A stretch of DNA of 62,859 nucleotides, filler included. It is 4 parts of 4 records of this genome, joined end to end, with 100 filler letters (N's around TTAATTAATTAA, not from the genome) between each part and the next. Parts side by side here need not be neighbours in the genome. Positions count along the whole stretch, not along the records: positions 10,523 to 24,349 come from SRR31156797_16040; positions 24,450 to 54,468 come from SRR31156797_16048; 2 more parts are not named here. One strand, given 5' to 3'. Under the pieces are notes generated by a model that was not told the origin of the DNA, searched no databases, and saw nothing but the letters and a program-made list of their open reading frames with translations. Positions 21,453 to 39,871 of the stretch are shown here, piece by piece; the stretch's first letter is position 1, and the number at the start of each line of letters is the position of its first letter. The translations under genes were made by a program, and so were the position numbers.

Positions 21453-24257
21453 TCAAATCTGGTTTCTGCATGTCTGAACCGCAGCCCTTAATTCATCCAA
21501 CTCGGGAAAAATCAGCAGTGCATCCTCAAGTTCCCTATACAGCATGGTTATATAATGACGTTTAAACGCCGGCAGGGTATTTAAAGTCTTTTCCGGCAGT
21601 TTTTTCCCATCCCAGGTGGTGTAAAACTGATGTTTTTTTACAAGCGCCACAGCCCGATTGATCTCTGCAAGCATTTGCTGTCCAAAGCGTTCTTTTAATA
21701 TTTTTATAGTTTCTTTTATAAGAAAATCTTTTTCGGAAAAGGAAAGCGGCGTATAATTGATAATATCCATCTGTCTTGAAATGATTTTAACGTATTGAAG
21801 GCTTATGGCATCGTTTATCATATACCATCCTATTGCGTTAATAAGTTTTACGGTGCGTTCCTCCATAGACTTTGCATATTTGTAATCAGACATTTTCCGG
21901 TTGAGCAGCACTTGGTCGATACGTTTAATTTTCCCTCTAAGGGCGTCTTCGGTTGTACCTGAATGGTCACCATACAACAAGTTGGTTTTCCGGCTGCTTA
22001 ATGCCCCATAAAAAATTTTATTGGTTTTAACCATTTCCGTCCGGTAAAGTCCAAGTCCGCAATTGGTAAGATCCAAATTTTTCAGAACATGAAGATATCT
22101 TTCCACAGGACTTTCCTGAATTGCATTTATTCGATCGGAATAGGGCCGGGTTCGACCGTCTTTGTATACCAGGTTAACCTGCGGATAAACGCTAACATAA
22201 GATTTGTTTTTATCTGTCTTATATTCCTTAAGACATGCGCTTAAAAATTCAGGATGATACGTGTTGTCATGCTGGGCAAAGGCGAAAAATTTGCCCCGGG
22301 CAAATCCGGCCGCAGTCTGCCAGTTTCTTAAAAGACCATAATTTTGCGTCCATCTGTTATAATATATTCTTTTGTCCTGGCCTGCATATCGCCGACAAAT
22401 TGCTTCGGTATTGTCTGTAGAGCAATTGTCGCAAATAATGAGTTCAAAATCTTCAAAATCCTGGTTTAAAATTGATTTTATGGCTTTATCTAAATCCTCT
22501 CCACCGTTGAAGACAGGTAGTCCGATGCTCACCAACGGAATATTTGTCGTCATGGATCCGGCAGGTTTGTGCTGTCCGGAAACCATCTTTTGACTTTCAT
22601 TTACTGCGACGGGTAAACCTGTTTTTTCTGAAGTGGGCTCAAATGCTCCAGCCTCAGTGGTTTTGCTCAACTTTTCGCAGATATTCCGGCATAATAATTC
22701 AAAAAGCCGCCCTTTCCTATCTTTACCCAGACTTTCTGCAATAAGTTCATAGCCTTGCATTATTGTTTTGTTAGAATCAATAAGTTTGATCTGCCCGGCA
22801 AGCTCCCGTTCAAAAATGGTCAGCGTCAGATCTAAAAAAAACTTATCCATATTGTTGCCTAAAAGGAAATCGGCAATAATAACGGCGTCTCCTGTTGGGA
22901 TGTTCCGGTAACTATCTACGTTATCCAAATATTGACCAGCCACATTTTCAAACAGTGTTTTTAACTCATCGCCTTGTTCTTTCTGATGTGCCATTTTTTC
23001 GCTTATATAAAACAGCAGAAAAGAAAAAACTATTTTATGATTTTCAACGGGTACCTTCTCCTGTTCATTGAACAAAAAAACAGCCACTGGCTCAAGGTAT
23101 TCAAATGCCTCTTTTCTCTCAAGGGCGTCAAATAAAAGTTTTTGAAAGGATGGTTTGTCAACCATATCCTCTTTGTATTTTTCCCACAATTCCAAAAAAT
23201 CAGCCAACTGGTTTAAAGAAATCAAACCTAACATCAACCAAAAACTAACTGACAATTCGGCCTTTTTAGATGTGGTGAAAATAAATCTCGTTCCGGCCTT
23301 TAAAGAATCTTTTCTAAATCCGTCAATCACCCTTAAATAATTCTTCCCACCTTCAACTGAGAGATCCGGCTGGTTAGAAAAGTAACCCAGTGCAGCCAGA
23401 TCGTAATATAAATCAGGTTCTTCCGGCAGCACCTCAAGGCCTTTCCGTATAAAGGACTGTGCCAGATCATAATGCCCGGATTTAAGGTATGTGCTGGCAA
23501 GGCCATGGTAAAGGGAATAATAAAAAGACACTTCAGTGAAATTAATGTTTTTTTCTTTTACAAGTTCAAGGCATTTTTCTGCATATTCAACTGCTTTTTG
23601 CTTTTCTTTCATTTCGGAATGAACCTGATACAAATAAAAATATGCATCATGATCCTGTGGGTCTGCTTCAATCCGTTTAAAAAGCAGACCGCTGGTGCGT
23701 TTGTATTTCGCCTGCATCTGCGCGTCAGACAAGGCATATCCATAATGGAAGAACTGGATATCACTATGCCCGACCTTTCCCGAATACTGCGGCCGGTTGT
23801 GAACAATGCCCGTAAAATGTACCCCCACATGATTCCTGAATATCCTTATCATTTCCGTTTCTGAAACGGTTTCTCCTTTTTTATTTTTATCCAGCATTTT
23901 AATCAGGAAACAATGCAGGTCTTTTGGTGCACGGCTAAACATTTTTTTAAGATCATTTTTTTTCAACTGATAGCCATTCAGTTCCTCATCCGCGTCTATC
24001 TGGATAATCCAGTCTCCTGTGGCGTACCCAAGAGACTGATTGCGGTGTTTGCTGAAATTGTTTTCCCAGGGGTGATGATAAATTTTTGCACCAAATGATT
24101 CTGCGATTTCAATGGTTTTATCTGTGGAGCCCGTATCAACGATAATTAATTCATCAATAAGATGTTTAATACTGTTAAGGCATCTTGGCAGCATCTCTTC
24201 TTCATTTTTAACCATCATGCAGGCTGAAATGTTAATGTCTTTTTTATTTTTTTTCAT
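21453..24257 (-). CDS. double GT2 glycosyltransferase with central TPR/helical region
   Basis: N-terminal SACMMVKNEE..DTGSTD..DADE, TPR-like helices, and a second GT2 (LVSIGLPVFNG..DNCSTD). Confidence 0.85.
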   Translation of the reverse strand: MKKNKKDINISACMMVKNEEEMLPRCLNSIKHLIDELIIVDTGSTDKTIEIAESFGAKIYHHPWENNFSKHRNQSLGYATGDWIIQIDADEELNGYQLKKNDLKKMFSRAPKDLHCFLIKMLDKNKKGETVSETEMIRIFRNHVGVHFTGIVHNRPQYSGKVGHSDIQFFHYGYALSDAQMQAKYKRTSGLLFKRIEADPQDHDAYFYLYQVHSEMKEKQKAVEYAEKCLELVKEKNINFTEVSFYYSLYHGLASTYLKSGHYDLAQSFIRKGLEVLPEEPDLYYDLAALGYFSNQPDLSVEGGKNYLRVIDGFRKDSLKAGTRFIFTTSKKAELSVSFWLMLGLISLNQLADFLELWEKYKEDMVDKPSFQKLLFDALERKEAFEYLEPVAVFLFNEQEKVPVENHKIVFSFLLFYISEKMAHQKEQGDELKTLFENVAGQYLDNVDSYRNIPTGDAVIIADFLLGNNMDKFFLDLTLTIFERELAGQIKLIDSNKTIMQGYELIAESLGKDRKGRLFELLCRNICEKLSKTTEAGAFEPTSEKTGLPVAVNESQKMVSGQHKPAGSMTTNIPLVSIGLPVFNGGEDLDKAIKSILNQDFEDFELIICDNCSTDNTEAICRRYAGQDKRIYYNRWTQNYGLLRNWQTAAGFARGKFFAFAQHDNTYHPEFLSACLKEYKTDKNKSYVSVYPQVNLVYKDGRTRPYSDRINAIQESPVERYLHVLKNLDLTNCGLGLYRTEMVKTNKIFYGALSSRKTNLLYGDHSGTTEDALRGKIKRIDQVLLNRKMSDYKYAKSMEERTVKLINAIGWYMINDAISLQYVKIISRQMDIINYTPLSFSEKDFLIKETIKILKERFGQQMLAEINRAVALVKKHQFYTTWDGKKLPEKTLNTLPAFKRHYITMLYRELEDALLIFPELDELRAAVQTCRNQI

Positions 24258-24349
24258 AATTGTATCCAGGTTTAAGTATTCAGCAGCAAATCACAGATAT
24301 GATTTCCCTCTTGGGGTAAAGCCTTGTTTTGTCCTCCCCCGGCGGCAGA

Positions 24350-24449
24350 NNNNNNNNNNNNNNNNNNNNNNNNNNNNNNNNNNNNNNNNNNNNTTAATTA
24401 ATTAANNNNNNNNNNNNNNNNNNNNNNNNNNNNNNNNNNNNNNNNNNNN
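24350..24449. other. artificial contig spacer
   Basis: N-run with TTAATTAATTAA linker. Confidence 0.97.
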
Positions 24450-25448
<999 letters not shown>

Positions 25449-25460
25449 AATATGATCTCA

Positions 25461-25607
25461 GCGGTTAGCTGTTAGCAGTTTGCTTTTAGCTTTATGTTTC
25501 CAGTTATTTTCAAAATTTACATGATCAACCGATAGTCTGATGAACATGTCATGGGATCATCTGATCAAGAGCTGAGCCCTAACAGCTAATGGCTAAGAGC
25601 TAACAGC
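25461..25607. repeat. inverted heptamer-repeat arms between carA and carB
   Basis: Left arm gcggtta-gctgtta-gcagttt-gctttta; right arm cctaaca-gctaatg-gctaaga-gctaaca. The carA TAG lies inside the right arm. Confidence 0.7.
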
Positions 25608-26739
25608 TTTTTTCCCTTTCCATCATTTCCATAAATCGGTCAAAGAGGTGCGCGGCATCGCGGGGACCGGGAGATGCCTCCGGGTGATACTGGACCGAGA
25701 AAAGGGGGTGCTTTTTGTGGACCATCCCTTCCAGAGTATCGTCGTTCAGGTTCAGGTGGCTGATTTCAATGTGCGGGTCATTTAAAGTATCATGATCCAC
25801 ACAGAACCCGTGGTTCTGGGAGGTAATTTCCACTTTGCCCGTTTTCAGATCTTTGACGGGCTGGTTGCCGCCCCTGTGGCCGAATTTGAGTTTGAAAGAT
25901 TTGCCCCCCAGGGCAAGACCCAGCAATTGGTGTCCCAGACATATGCCGAAAATGGGCCGGCACCCCACCTGTTTACGGATGGTTTCAATGGCATAGCCGA
26001 CTGCCGCGGGGTCTCCCGGACCGTTGCTCAGAAAAAGGCCATCCGGATTAAGCTTGTCGATGACTTCCGAATCGGTCTTTGCCGGAACCAGGAGGACGTC
26101 GCATCCTCTGGCTTCCAGGGACCGGAGGATATTGTATTTGATGCCGAAATCCATGGCCACCACACGATGAAGGTTGTTCTCTCGGGGCCAGGTGAATGAT
26201 GACAAATCCGTCTCAACAACTATCGGCTTCCCGTCCCGCCACAAAAGCGGTTCCCCACAAGTCACCTCTTTGACCAGATCCGATCCGGTCATTTTTGGCG
26301 ATGCTTTCGCCTTTCGAACCAAAGAGGCAGGATCAAGATCTTCGGTGGAAAGCACCCCCCGCATGGCCCCCGAAAGACGGATGTGCCGGGTCAGCGCCCG
26401 GGTATCAATCCCCTCAATCCCGGGAATATTGTTTTCCTTCAGATAATCTCCGAGGCTTTTTTGGGAACGGAAGTTGCTGGGATAGGGCTGGTACTCTTTC
26501 ACCAGGAACGCTTTCACCCGGATGCGGTCCGACTCCACATCTTCTTCATTGACCCCGTAATTGCCGATCAACGGATAGGTCATGGTCACCATCTGGCCAC
26601 AGTAGGAAGGATCGGTGAGGATCTCCTGATACCCGCTCATGCCGGTATTAAACACCACTTCGCCTGTGGTTTCCCCGTGGCCCGTAAAGGAACGGCCGTT
26701 AAAGACGGTTCCGTCTTCCAGTGCGAGTATTGCTTTCAT
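25600..26739 (-). CDS. carA: carbamoyl-phosphate synthase small subunit
   Basis: GEVVFNTGMSGYQE, SNGPGDP, GICLGHQ and QYHPEASPGP motifs. Confidence 0.97.
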   Translation of the reverse strand: MKAILALEDGTVFNGRSFTGHGETTGEVVFNTGMSGYQEILTDPSYCGQMVTMTYPLIGNYGVNEEDVESDRIRVKAFLVKEYQPYPSNFRSQKSLGDYLKENNIPGIEGIDTRALTRHIRLSGAMRGVLSTEDLDPASLVRKAKASPKMTGSDLVKEVTCGEPLLWRDGKPIVVETDLSSFTWPRENNLHRVVAMDFGIKYNILRSLEARGCDVLLVPAKTDSEVIDKLNPDGLFLSNGPGDPAAVGYAIETIRKQVGCRPIFGICLGHQLLGLALGGKSFKLKFGHRGGNQPVKDLKTGKVEITSQNHGFCVDHDTLNDPHIEISHLNLNDDTLEGMVHKKHPLFSVQYHPEASPGPRDAAHLFDRFMEMMEREKSC

Positions 26740-28175
26740 ATAGGTCTTTTCTCCCCCAGAAAATCCATGATCCCGTAAGCGGTCTTCCTGCCGTCGGCCA
26801 TGGCCTTGACCACCAGGGATTGGCCCAGGGCCATGTCCCCGGCCGCAAAAATCCCGTCAACACTGGTCATACCAAAGCGGTCAGCTTGAATATTACCCCG
26901 ATCATCCAATGGAATCCCCAGATCATCCACAATTTTGTTTCGGGCAGGCCCTGTAAAACCCATGGCCAGAATAACCAGATCCACGGCCTCTTCAAACTCT
27001 GTTCCGGACTTTTCCACCGGTCCTGTCATGGGGCCGTCTTCTGATGCGGGCCAGTCCACTTCCACGCATTTCACCCCGGTGACCCGATCCTGCTCCCCCA
27101 CGAATTCCCGTGTCATCACGGCCCACCGGCATTCTCCCCCTTCTTCATGGGCATGGGTTTTACGAAGAATCCGGGACCACAGGGGCCAGGGGTTTGAAGC
27201 GGAACGGGTCAAAGGCGGTTCGGGCAGAATCTCAAACTGCAGGACTTTTTCGGCACCCTGCCGCAAGGCCGTTCCCACGCAATCGGAACCGGTGTCCCCG
27301 CCGCCGATGATCAGAACATTTTTCCCGCCGGCATGAATGAATTCCTGAGGGGGAACCGCCTCTCCCGAGACTTTTCGGTTCTGTTGGCACAGATAATCCA
27401 TGGCAAAATGGATACCCGTAAGATTTCTACCCGGGATGTTCAGATCCCTCGGTTCTCCTGCGCCGCAAGCCAAACAAAGCGCATCAAAGCGTTGTTTTAA
27501 AAAACGGTGGGACAAATCTTCTCCCACCATCACGCCGGTCTCGAACCGAACCCCTTCTTCTCTCATCAATGAAATGCGGCGCTCCACCACCCATTTCTCC
27601 AGTTTGAAATCCGGAATACCGTACCTGAGAATACCCCCCGGGCGTCGGGCGCTTTCAAAAACCGTCACCTCATACCCCCCCTTGTTGAGGGTGTCGGCCA
27701 CCGACAGGCCCGCCGGGCCGGATCCCACCACCGCCACTTTTTTATTGTACCGTATTTTGGGCGGCGCAGGCGATAAATACCCGTTCAGGAATCCCTTTTC
27801 AATGAGGGCCAGCTCAATTTGGCGTATGGTCACGGGATCCCCGTATATGCCGTCCACGCATGCGGCCTCGCAGGGGGCAGGACACACACGCCCGGTGAAC
27901 TCGGGAAAATTGTTGGTACTCAACAAAATCTCCAGACCCTGGCGCCACAATCCCCGCCGAACAGAATCATTGAACTCCGGGATCACATTGGCAAGGGGGC
28001 ATCCGTATGCGTGACAGAAGGGTGTACCGCAATCCATGCAGCGGGACGACTGGATCATTACGTCCCCATCGTGCAACTGCCGTTCAACGGCCTCGTAATC
28101 TCTCAACCGCTCCGCAACGGGTCGGTAACCGGGATCTTTCCGTTTCGCTTCCACCATGGGGGGAGTGTTATCCAT
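26736..28175 (-). CDS. gltD: glutamate synthase small (beta) subunit
   Basis: [25 protein letters not shown] and GGGDTGSDC motifs. Confidence 0.95.
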   Translation of the reverse strand: MDNTPPMVEAKRKDPGYRPVAERLRDYEAVERQLHDGDVMIQSSRCMDCGTPFCHAYGCPLANVIPEFNDSVRRGLWRQGLEILLSTNNFPEFTGRVCPAPCEAACVDGIYGDPVTIRQIELALIEKGFLNGYLSPAPPKIRYNKKVAVVGSGPAGLSVADTLNKGGYEVTVFESARRPGGILRYGIPDFKLEKWVVERRISLMREEGVRFETGVMVGEDLSHRFLKQRFDALCLACGAGEPRDLNIPGRNLTGIHFAMDYLCQQNRKVSGEAVPPQEFIHAGGKNVLIIGGGDTGSDCVGTALRQGAEKVLQFEILPEPPLTRSASNPWPLWSRILRKTHAHEEGGECRWAVMTREFVGEQDRVTGVKCVEVDWPASEDGPMTGPVEKSGTEFEEAVDLVILAMGFTGPARNKIVDDLGIPLDDRGNIQADRFGMTSVDGIFAAGDMALGQSLVVKAMADGRKTAYGIMDFLGEKRPI

Positions 28176-31100
28176 GCTGCACCTCTTCCCGCTCCGTTGC
28201 CTCGTCTTCCTTGCTCATGAGCCCCAGAACACGCCGGTATTCCATGGGGAAAACCTTTACGAAAAAGGGGAGACTACCCTCCCAGTCGTCCAGGATGGAT
28301 CGGGCCCTGGCACTTCCGGTGTGTTCCAAATGCCGGGTAATCAAACCTTTCAGTTCCGCTTCATCTTCCGGATCGGTCAACAGCTCCAGATCCACCATGT
28401 CCAGGTTGCACCGGAGGTCAAACCGGCGGTCCGGATCGTACACATAGGCGATACCGCCGCTCATGCCGGCTGCAAAATTGAGCCCCGTATCCCCCAAAAC
28501 CACCACCCGCCCGCCGGTCATGTATTCACAACCGTGGTCTCCCACACCCTCCACCACGGCCAGGGCACCGCTGTTTCGGATGGCAAAGCGTTCACCCGCC
28601 ATTCCGTTAAGATACACCTCTCCGGCAGTGGCCCCATAGAGGAGCACATTCCCGGCGATTACATTCCGGGACGGATCAAAGGTGGCGCCGCCATAGGGTT
28701 TGACAATAATCTTGGCCCCTGAGAGCCCTTTGCCCAGATAATCGTTGGCTTCCCCTTCCAGTATAAAAGTGATCCCTTTGGCCCCGAAAGCCCCGAAACT
28801 CTGTCCGGCGGCCCCCTGGAACCGGCAGGTGATGGTATCGGAGGGCAGTCCGCGGTTCCCGTAGGCCAATGCCACTTCACCACTGAGCATGGCGCCCACG
28901 GTCCGGTTCACGTTTCGAACGGGAAAGGAAATGTCCACCTTTTCACCCCGCTCCAATGCCTTTCGGGACCGTATGATCAGGTCGCGGTCCAAAACATCCC
29001 GGATGGGGTGTTCCTGGGACCCGGTACAGCGCCTGGACGATCCATCACGGCTCTTTGGAAAATGGAAGATTTTGGAAAAATCAAGCCCTTTGGCCTTCCA
29101 GAAATGGATGGCCCGGGACATTTCCAGAAGATCGGACCGGCCGATCATATGATCCATCTTCCTGAAACCCAGACGGGCCATATAAATACGCACCTCTTCC
29201 GCCAGCATGGTGAAGAAATTTTCCAGGTGTTCCGGTTTTCCCGCGAACCGTTTTCGAAGTGCGCCGTCCTGGGTGGCGATCCCCACGGGGCAACGGTTGT
29301 TGTTGCACTTCCGTACCATGACACACCCCAGAACCACCAGGGCCGCGGTGGCAAAACCGTACTCCTCGGCCCCCAGAAGGGCCGCCACCACCACGTCCCG
29401 TCCGGTTTTCATCTGGCCGTCCGCCTGCACCCGGATCCGGCTCCTGAGACCGTTGAGCATGAGGGTCTGCTGGGTTTCGGATAGGCCCAACTCCCAGGGG
29501 GCACCGGTATGGCGGATGGATGAGAGGGGCGATGCGCCGGTACCCCCGTCATAGCCGCTGATCAAAACCATATCCGCATGGGCCTTGGAGACACCTGCCG
29601 CAATGGTCCCCACACCCACCTCGGAGACCAGTTTCACGGATATGCGGGCACGGGGGTTCACATTTTTCAAATCAAAGATCAACTGGCTCAGATCCTCGAT
29701 GGAATAGATGTCATGGTGGGGCGGTGGGGAAATCAGGGTGACACCGGGGGTGGAATAACGGACCCGTGCAATCTCCAGATTCACCTTGTGACCGGGGAGC
29801 TGCCCCCCTTCCCCGGGTTTGGCCCCCTGGGCCACCTTGATCTGAATCTCTTTGGCGTTCACCAGGTACTCGGCGGTCACACCGAACCGCCCGCTGGCCA
29901 CCTGCTTGATAGCGCTGGACCGGTTGTCGCCGTTATTAAGGGGCACATAACGGGCCGGATCCTCACCTCCCTCACCGCTGTTGCTGCAAGCGTTTAAGCG
30001 GTTCATGGCAACGGCGATGGTCTCATGGGCTTCACGGCTGATGGAGCCGAAGCTCATGGCGCCGGTGACAAAACGTTTGATGATTTCGGAAGCCGGCTCC
30101 ACCTCTTCCAGAAGGACGGGCTCGGTTTCCCTAAAAGCGAACATCCCCCTCAGGGTGGACTGTTTTTCGGATTGAATGTTGATCTCTTGAGCATACTTTT
30201 CATATAATGCGGGATCATTTTCCCTGACGGCCCGCTGCAGGTGATGGATGGCCTCCGGGCTCCACAGATGCCGTTCCCCATCCACCCGCACTTGGAAATG
30301 CCCGCCGCTGGGCAGGATCCCGGGTGCATCCGGGGCCGGGTCGTGGGCCGCATGAAAGCGATCCAGAGCCTCCGTTGCAATCTCGTCCAGGCCGATCCCT
30401 TCCACCCGGGAATCGGTTCCCACAAAATACCGATCCACCACATTTGTATTAATGCCCACCGCTTCAAACACCTGGGCGCTGCGATAGCTTCTAAGGGTGG
30501 AGATGCCCATTTTGCTCATAATCTTGAGCAACCCTTTGCACAAAGCCTTGATATAGTTTTCGATGCTCACCGCGGGACTCAATGGCCGACCCAAACCCTT
30601 TTGGGCCGACATGGCTGCCACGATTTCAAAGGCCAGATAAGGGTTCACGGCCGTGGCCCCGTAACCCAGAAGGAGCGCCATGTGCATCACTTCACGGGCT
30701 TCGCCGGTCTCACAAAGGAGCCCCGCGGAGGTCCGGATACCCCGGCGGACCAGGTGCTGGTTCACGGCGGACACCGCCAGAAGGGACGGGATGGGCGCCA
30801 TGCCCTCGGGCAGGTCCCGATCACTCAAAATAATCACCGAGTGCCCCTTCATAATGGCCCTTTCGCTCTCCCGGCAGATGCGATCCAGGGCCGTTTCCAG
30901 CATGACGCCGCCGCCCTTGACGGGGAATCCGATGCTAACGGTTTCAGCCCGAAAACCCTCCAGGTTCAGATCCCTCAACCGGATCAGATCCTCGTTGGTT
31001 AAAATGGGATGAAGCAGTTTGATCAATCGACTGCTGCGGGGGCTTTCGACCAGAATATTCCCCGGGTTTCCGATAAAGGTCATGAGGCTCATGACCAGCT

Positions 31101-32726
31101 CTTCCCGAACCGGGTCAATGGGGGGATTGGTCACCTGGGCGAAGAGCTGTTTGAAATAGCCGAAGAGCAACTGGTTTTTTTCGGAAAACACCGCCAGGGG
31201 GGTATCAGCCCCCATGGCGCCCACGGGCTCCTGGCCCGTGGTGGCCATGGGGGCCATGATCATCCGGAGGTCTTCCCGGGTATAGCCGAACAGTTTCTGC
31301 AACAACGGCAACCGGTCTAAATCCGGTTTGATGGAGGCCACCTCTCCGTAAAACCCCCGCAGGGTGATCCGGTTTTCATCCACCCATCGTCGGTACGGTT
31401 GCCGCCGGGCGTTCAGGGTCTTGATTTCACCGTTTTTCAACACCCGTTTTTTGTCAAAATCCACCAGGATCATCTGTCCGGGTCCCAGGGCACCCTTCTC
31501 CACCACATCTTCGGGTGCAAATTCCAGCACACCCGCTTCCGATGCGAAGGCCATCACCCCTTGCCGGGTGATGGTATACCGCGCCGGCCTGAGACCGTTT
31601 CGATCCAGCAGGGCGCCCACCTGGCTTCCGTCGGAAAACGCCACGGCCGCCGGGCCGTCCCAGGGTTCCATCAAGCCCGCATGATATTCAAAAAACCCCC
31701 GCTGGTCCGGACCCATGGGATACTTAACGCCCCACGCTTCGGGAATGAGCATGAGCATGGCGTGGGACAAGGACCTGCCGGCACTGGTGAGCAGTTCAAG
31801 GGCATTATCCAAACAGGCGGAATCGCTCCCCCGTTCATCAATGACGGGGGTCAGGTGATGGATGTCGGCCCCGAACAAATGGGATTCCAGAGACTGCTCC
31901 CGGGCCCGGATCAGGTTGAGATTCCCCCTGAGGGTATTGATTTCCCCGTTGTGGGCCAGATAGCGGAAGGGTTGCGCCAGCTCCCATGAGGGAAAGGTGT
32001 TGGTGCTGTATCGCTGGTGCACCAGGGCAAGGGCACTGACCATTTCAGGATCTTTCAGGTCTTTATAAAAACCTGCCAGTTGTGTGGCGGTAAACAGCCC
32101 CTTATACACAATGGTGCGGCAGCTGAGGCTGGGCAGGTAACAGGGATTTTCCGCTCCCTTTGACACCATGGACCGCTTTTCAATGGCTTTACGCACCAAA
32201 TACAACTTTCGTTCCAGGGCTGCACCTTGGAGATCTCCACCATCCACAAAGCACTGTCTGATCCACGGCTGCATGGCTTTGGCCTGACCTGCTATCACCG
32301 CGTCATTTACCGGAACATCGCGCCAGCCTAAGGGTTTCAGACCTTCCACGGATATGGCTGCTTCGATTTCATGAACCCATTTCTCACGGCTCTCCGGTTC
32401 ATGTGGTAAAAACACCATGCCCACGCCGTATTGACCGGACCGGGGGAGTGTAATGCTCAGATCCCCGCACACCTTTTTGAAGAACAGGTCCGGCATTTGA
32501 AACAGGATGCCCGCTCCGTCACCGGTGGTCTGGTCCCCTCCCACGGCCCCCCGGTGCATGAGATTCCGTAAAATCCGGAGCCCGTTTTCAATGACCGCAT
32601 GATCCTTACGACCATCAATATTGGCCACAAAGCCCACCCCACAACTGTCGTGTTCATACCGGCCATTGTAGAGGCCTTGGGGACAAGGATATTGACCCAA
32701 TTTTTCATGGTCGCTATTCTTCATAT

Positions 32727-32730
<4 letters not shown>
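28168..32730 (-). CDS. gltB: glutamate synthase large (alpha) subunit, canonical full length
   Basis: EHDSCGVGF (Ntn Cys), [25 protein letters not shown], CxxxxxCxxxxC [3Fe-4S] motif and GXGXG domain. The start may be the ATG at 32724. Confidence 0.97.
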
Positions 32731-38318
<5,588 letters not shown>

Positions 38319-38349
38319 TTTTTCGCAACCCTTCTCGTTCCCAGGGAAG

Positions 38350-38379
38350 GCTAATAGCTAATGGCTAACAGCTAATTGC
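38350..38379. repeat. heptamer tandem repeat (gctaaNN)x4
   Basis: gctaata-gctaatg-gctaaca-gctaatt. It supplies the TAG stop of the upstream gene. Confidence 0.7.
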
Positions 38380-39871
38380 TTCTTTCGGTTTTCATATAAT
38401 CCAGATGCACCAGACAATCGGTTCGCCCCACCAGCTCTTTCAGGCTTTTCATGCCCAGCTTCTTTAAAATGCGGATCAACTCCCGTCGCCAGGATAGAAA
38501 CAGGTTCAGAATCCGCTGGGTTCCCCATTCCACCTGGATCAGGTTCATCAATTCAGCGTCCGTTGAGGCGATACCCCTGGCGCAGCCCCGTCCGCTCTCG
38601 CAGTTGTGGCACCTTATGCACTCCAGCGCCACCAGATCCGCCGTTCCCGTACAGACCCCGTCAGCGCCCAGGGCAATGGTCTTGGCCACATCGTGGACTG
38701 TTCGAATACCGCCGCTGGCGATGACCGTTATCTTATCCCGGACGCCTTCTTCCGTCAGAAACTTATGCACTTTGGGCAGGGCGTATTCAATGGGCATGGC
38801 GATGTTTTTCTTGGCGATATCGGGTGCGGCCCCAGTACCGCCGTAGCTGCCGTCCAGGTGAATGATGTGGGCACCGGCGTAATAGCTTCCCACCGCCACC
38901 ATGTCCACGTCGGTAGGTGTGGATACTTTAACTGAAACCAGGGCTTTGGGGTTGATGGCCTTGATCCAGTCCACATGCTTTTTGTGGTCCTCCACCGAAT
39001 AGACGCTATGGAAAGGGAAGGGTGAAAAAAGCGGGTACCCCACCACGGCCTCCCGCATGCGGGCCACGCCGGGGGTCACCTTGTCCCCCAAAAGATGCCC
39101 GCCCAGTCCGGGTTTGGCGCCCTGGGCATATTTGAATTCAACGATCTTGACCCGTTGCAGGGTCTCTTCACGCACCCCGAAAAGCCCGGTGGCCACCTGG
39201 GTGATCACATGATCGTCGTAGGGCTTGAGTTCGTCGGGGTATCCCCCTTCACCGGTACAGCAGAAGGTACCCAGGGTTGCCGCCGCTTTCATGCGGCTGA
39301 GCATGGTATTGATGCTGACAGAGCCGTAACTCATGCCGCCGCCGTAAAAGGGGACTTGGATCCTGGCCAGGTGGGCATTATCCTTGCGCCGGTTCAAAAG
39401 GACGCTCAGATCCATTTCATCATCATCCCATTTGGCCGATCCCATGTTGCTCTTTTTAAAGGCAATGCGGAGTCTGTCAAAGCCCCCTTGGGATGCACCG
39501 GTTTTGTACTCAAGGCCTTTTTCGGGAACTTTCCCGAACTCAGCCATGTGCCATGTGGCGGCCAGGAGATCCGGGGGCCATCGCCGATCCCCTAAAATTT
39601 CAAAATCCGGGTTTCTCTTTAATGAGAGGGCCTGCTCCGGACATATTTGGGTGCATGGATTTTCACAATCCTTCCCCACACAGCGATAGGCATTTTCTAT
39701 GCGCACACGACCCCTTCTGGCCACATGGACGTCATATGGGCAAACGTCCACACATTTACCGCAGGCCACACAGGCACTATTCCGGTGCAACCGGTACTTT
39801 CCGATTGCGTTTCTGAACCGGGAAGGGGTCCGTTTTATCTCAGGTAATTGAAAAGATTCAGAATTATTCAA
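38372..39871 (-). CDS. split glutamate synthase FMN-binding subunit with N-terminal ferredoxin domain
   Basis: CVACGKCVDVCP, GGMSYG, TGEGG, QVATG, QGAKPGLGG, ASGG and CIRCHNC..C. The likely start is TTG at 39871, 9 nt after GAGGAGG. Confidence 0.85.
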   Translation of the reverse strand: MNNSESFQLPEIKRTPSRFRNAIGKYRLHRNSACVACGKCVDVCPYDVHVARRGRVRIENAYRCVGKDCENPCTQICPEQALSLKRNPDFEILGDRRWPPDLLAATWHMAEFGKVPEKGLEYKTGASQGGFDRLRIAFKKSNMGSAKWDDDEMDLSVLLNRRKDNAHLARIQVPFYGGGMSYGSVSINTMLSRMKAAATLGTFCCTGEGGYPDELKPYDDHVITQVATGLFGVREETLQRVKIVEFKYAQGAKPGLGGHLLGDKVTPGVARMREAVVGYPLFSPFPFHSVYSVEDHKKHVDWIKAINPKALVSVKVSTPTDVDMVAVGSYYAGAHIIHLDGSYGGTGAAPDIAKKNIAMPIEYALPKVHKFLTEEGVRDKITVIASGGIRTVHDVAKTIALGADGVCTGTADLVALECIRCHNCESGRGCARGIASTDAELMNLIQVEWGTQRILNLFLSWRRELIRILKKLGMKSLKELVGRTDCLVHLDYMKTERSN

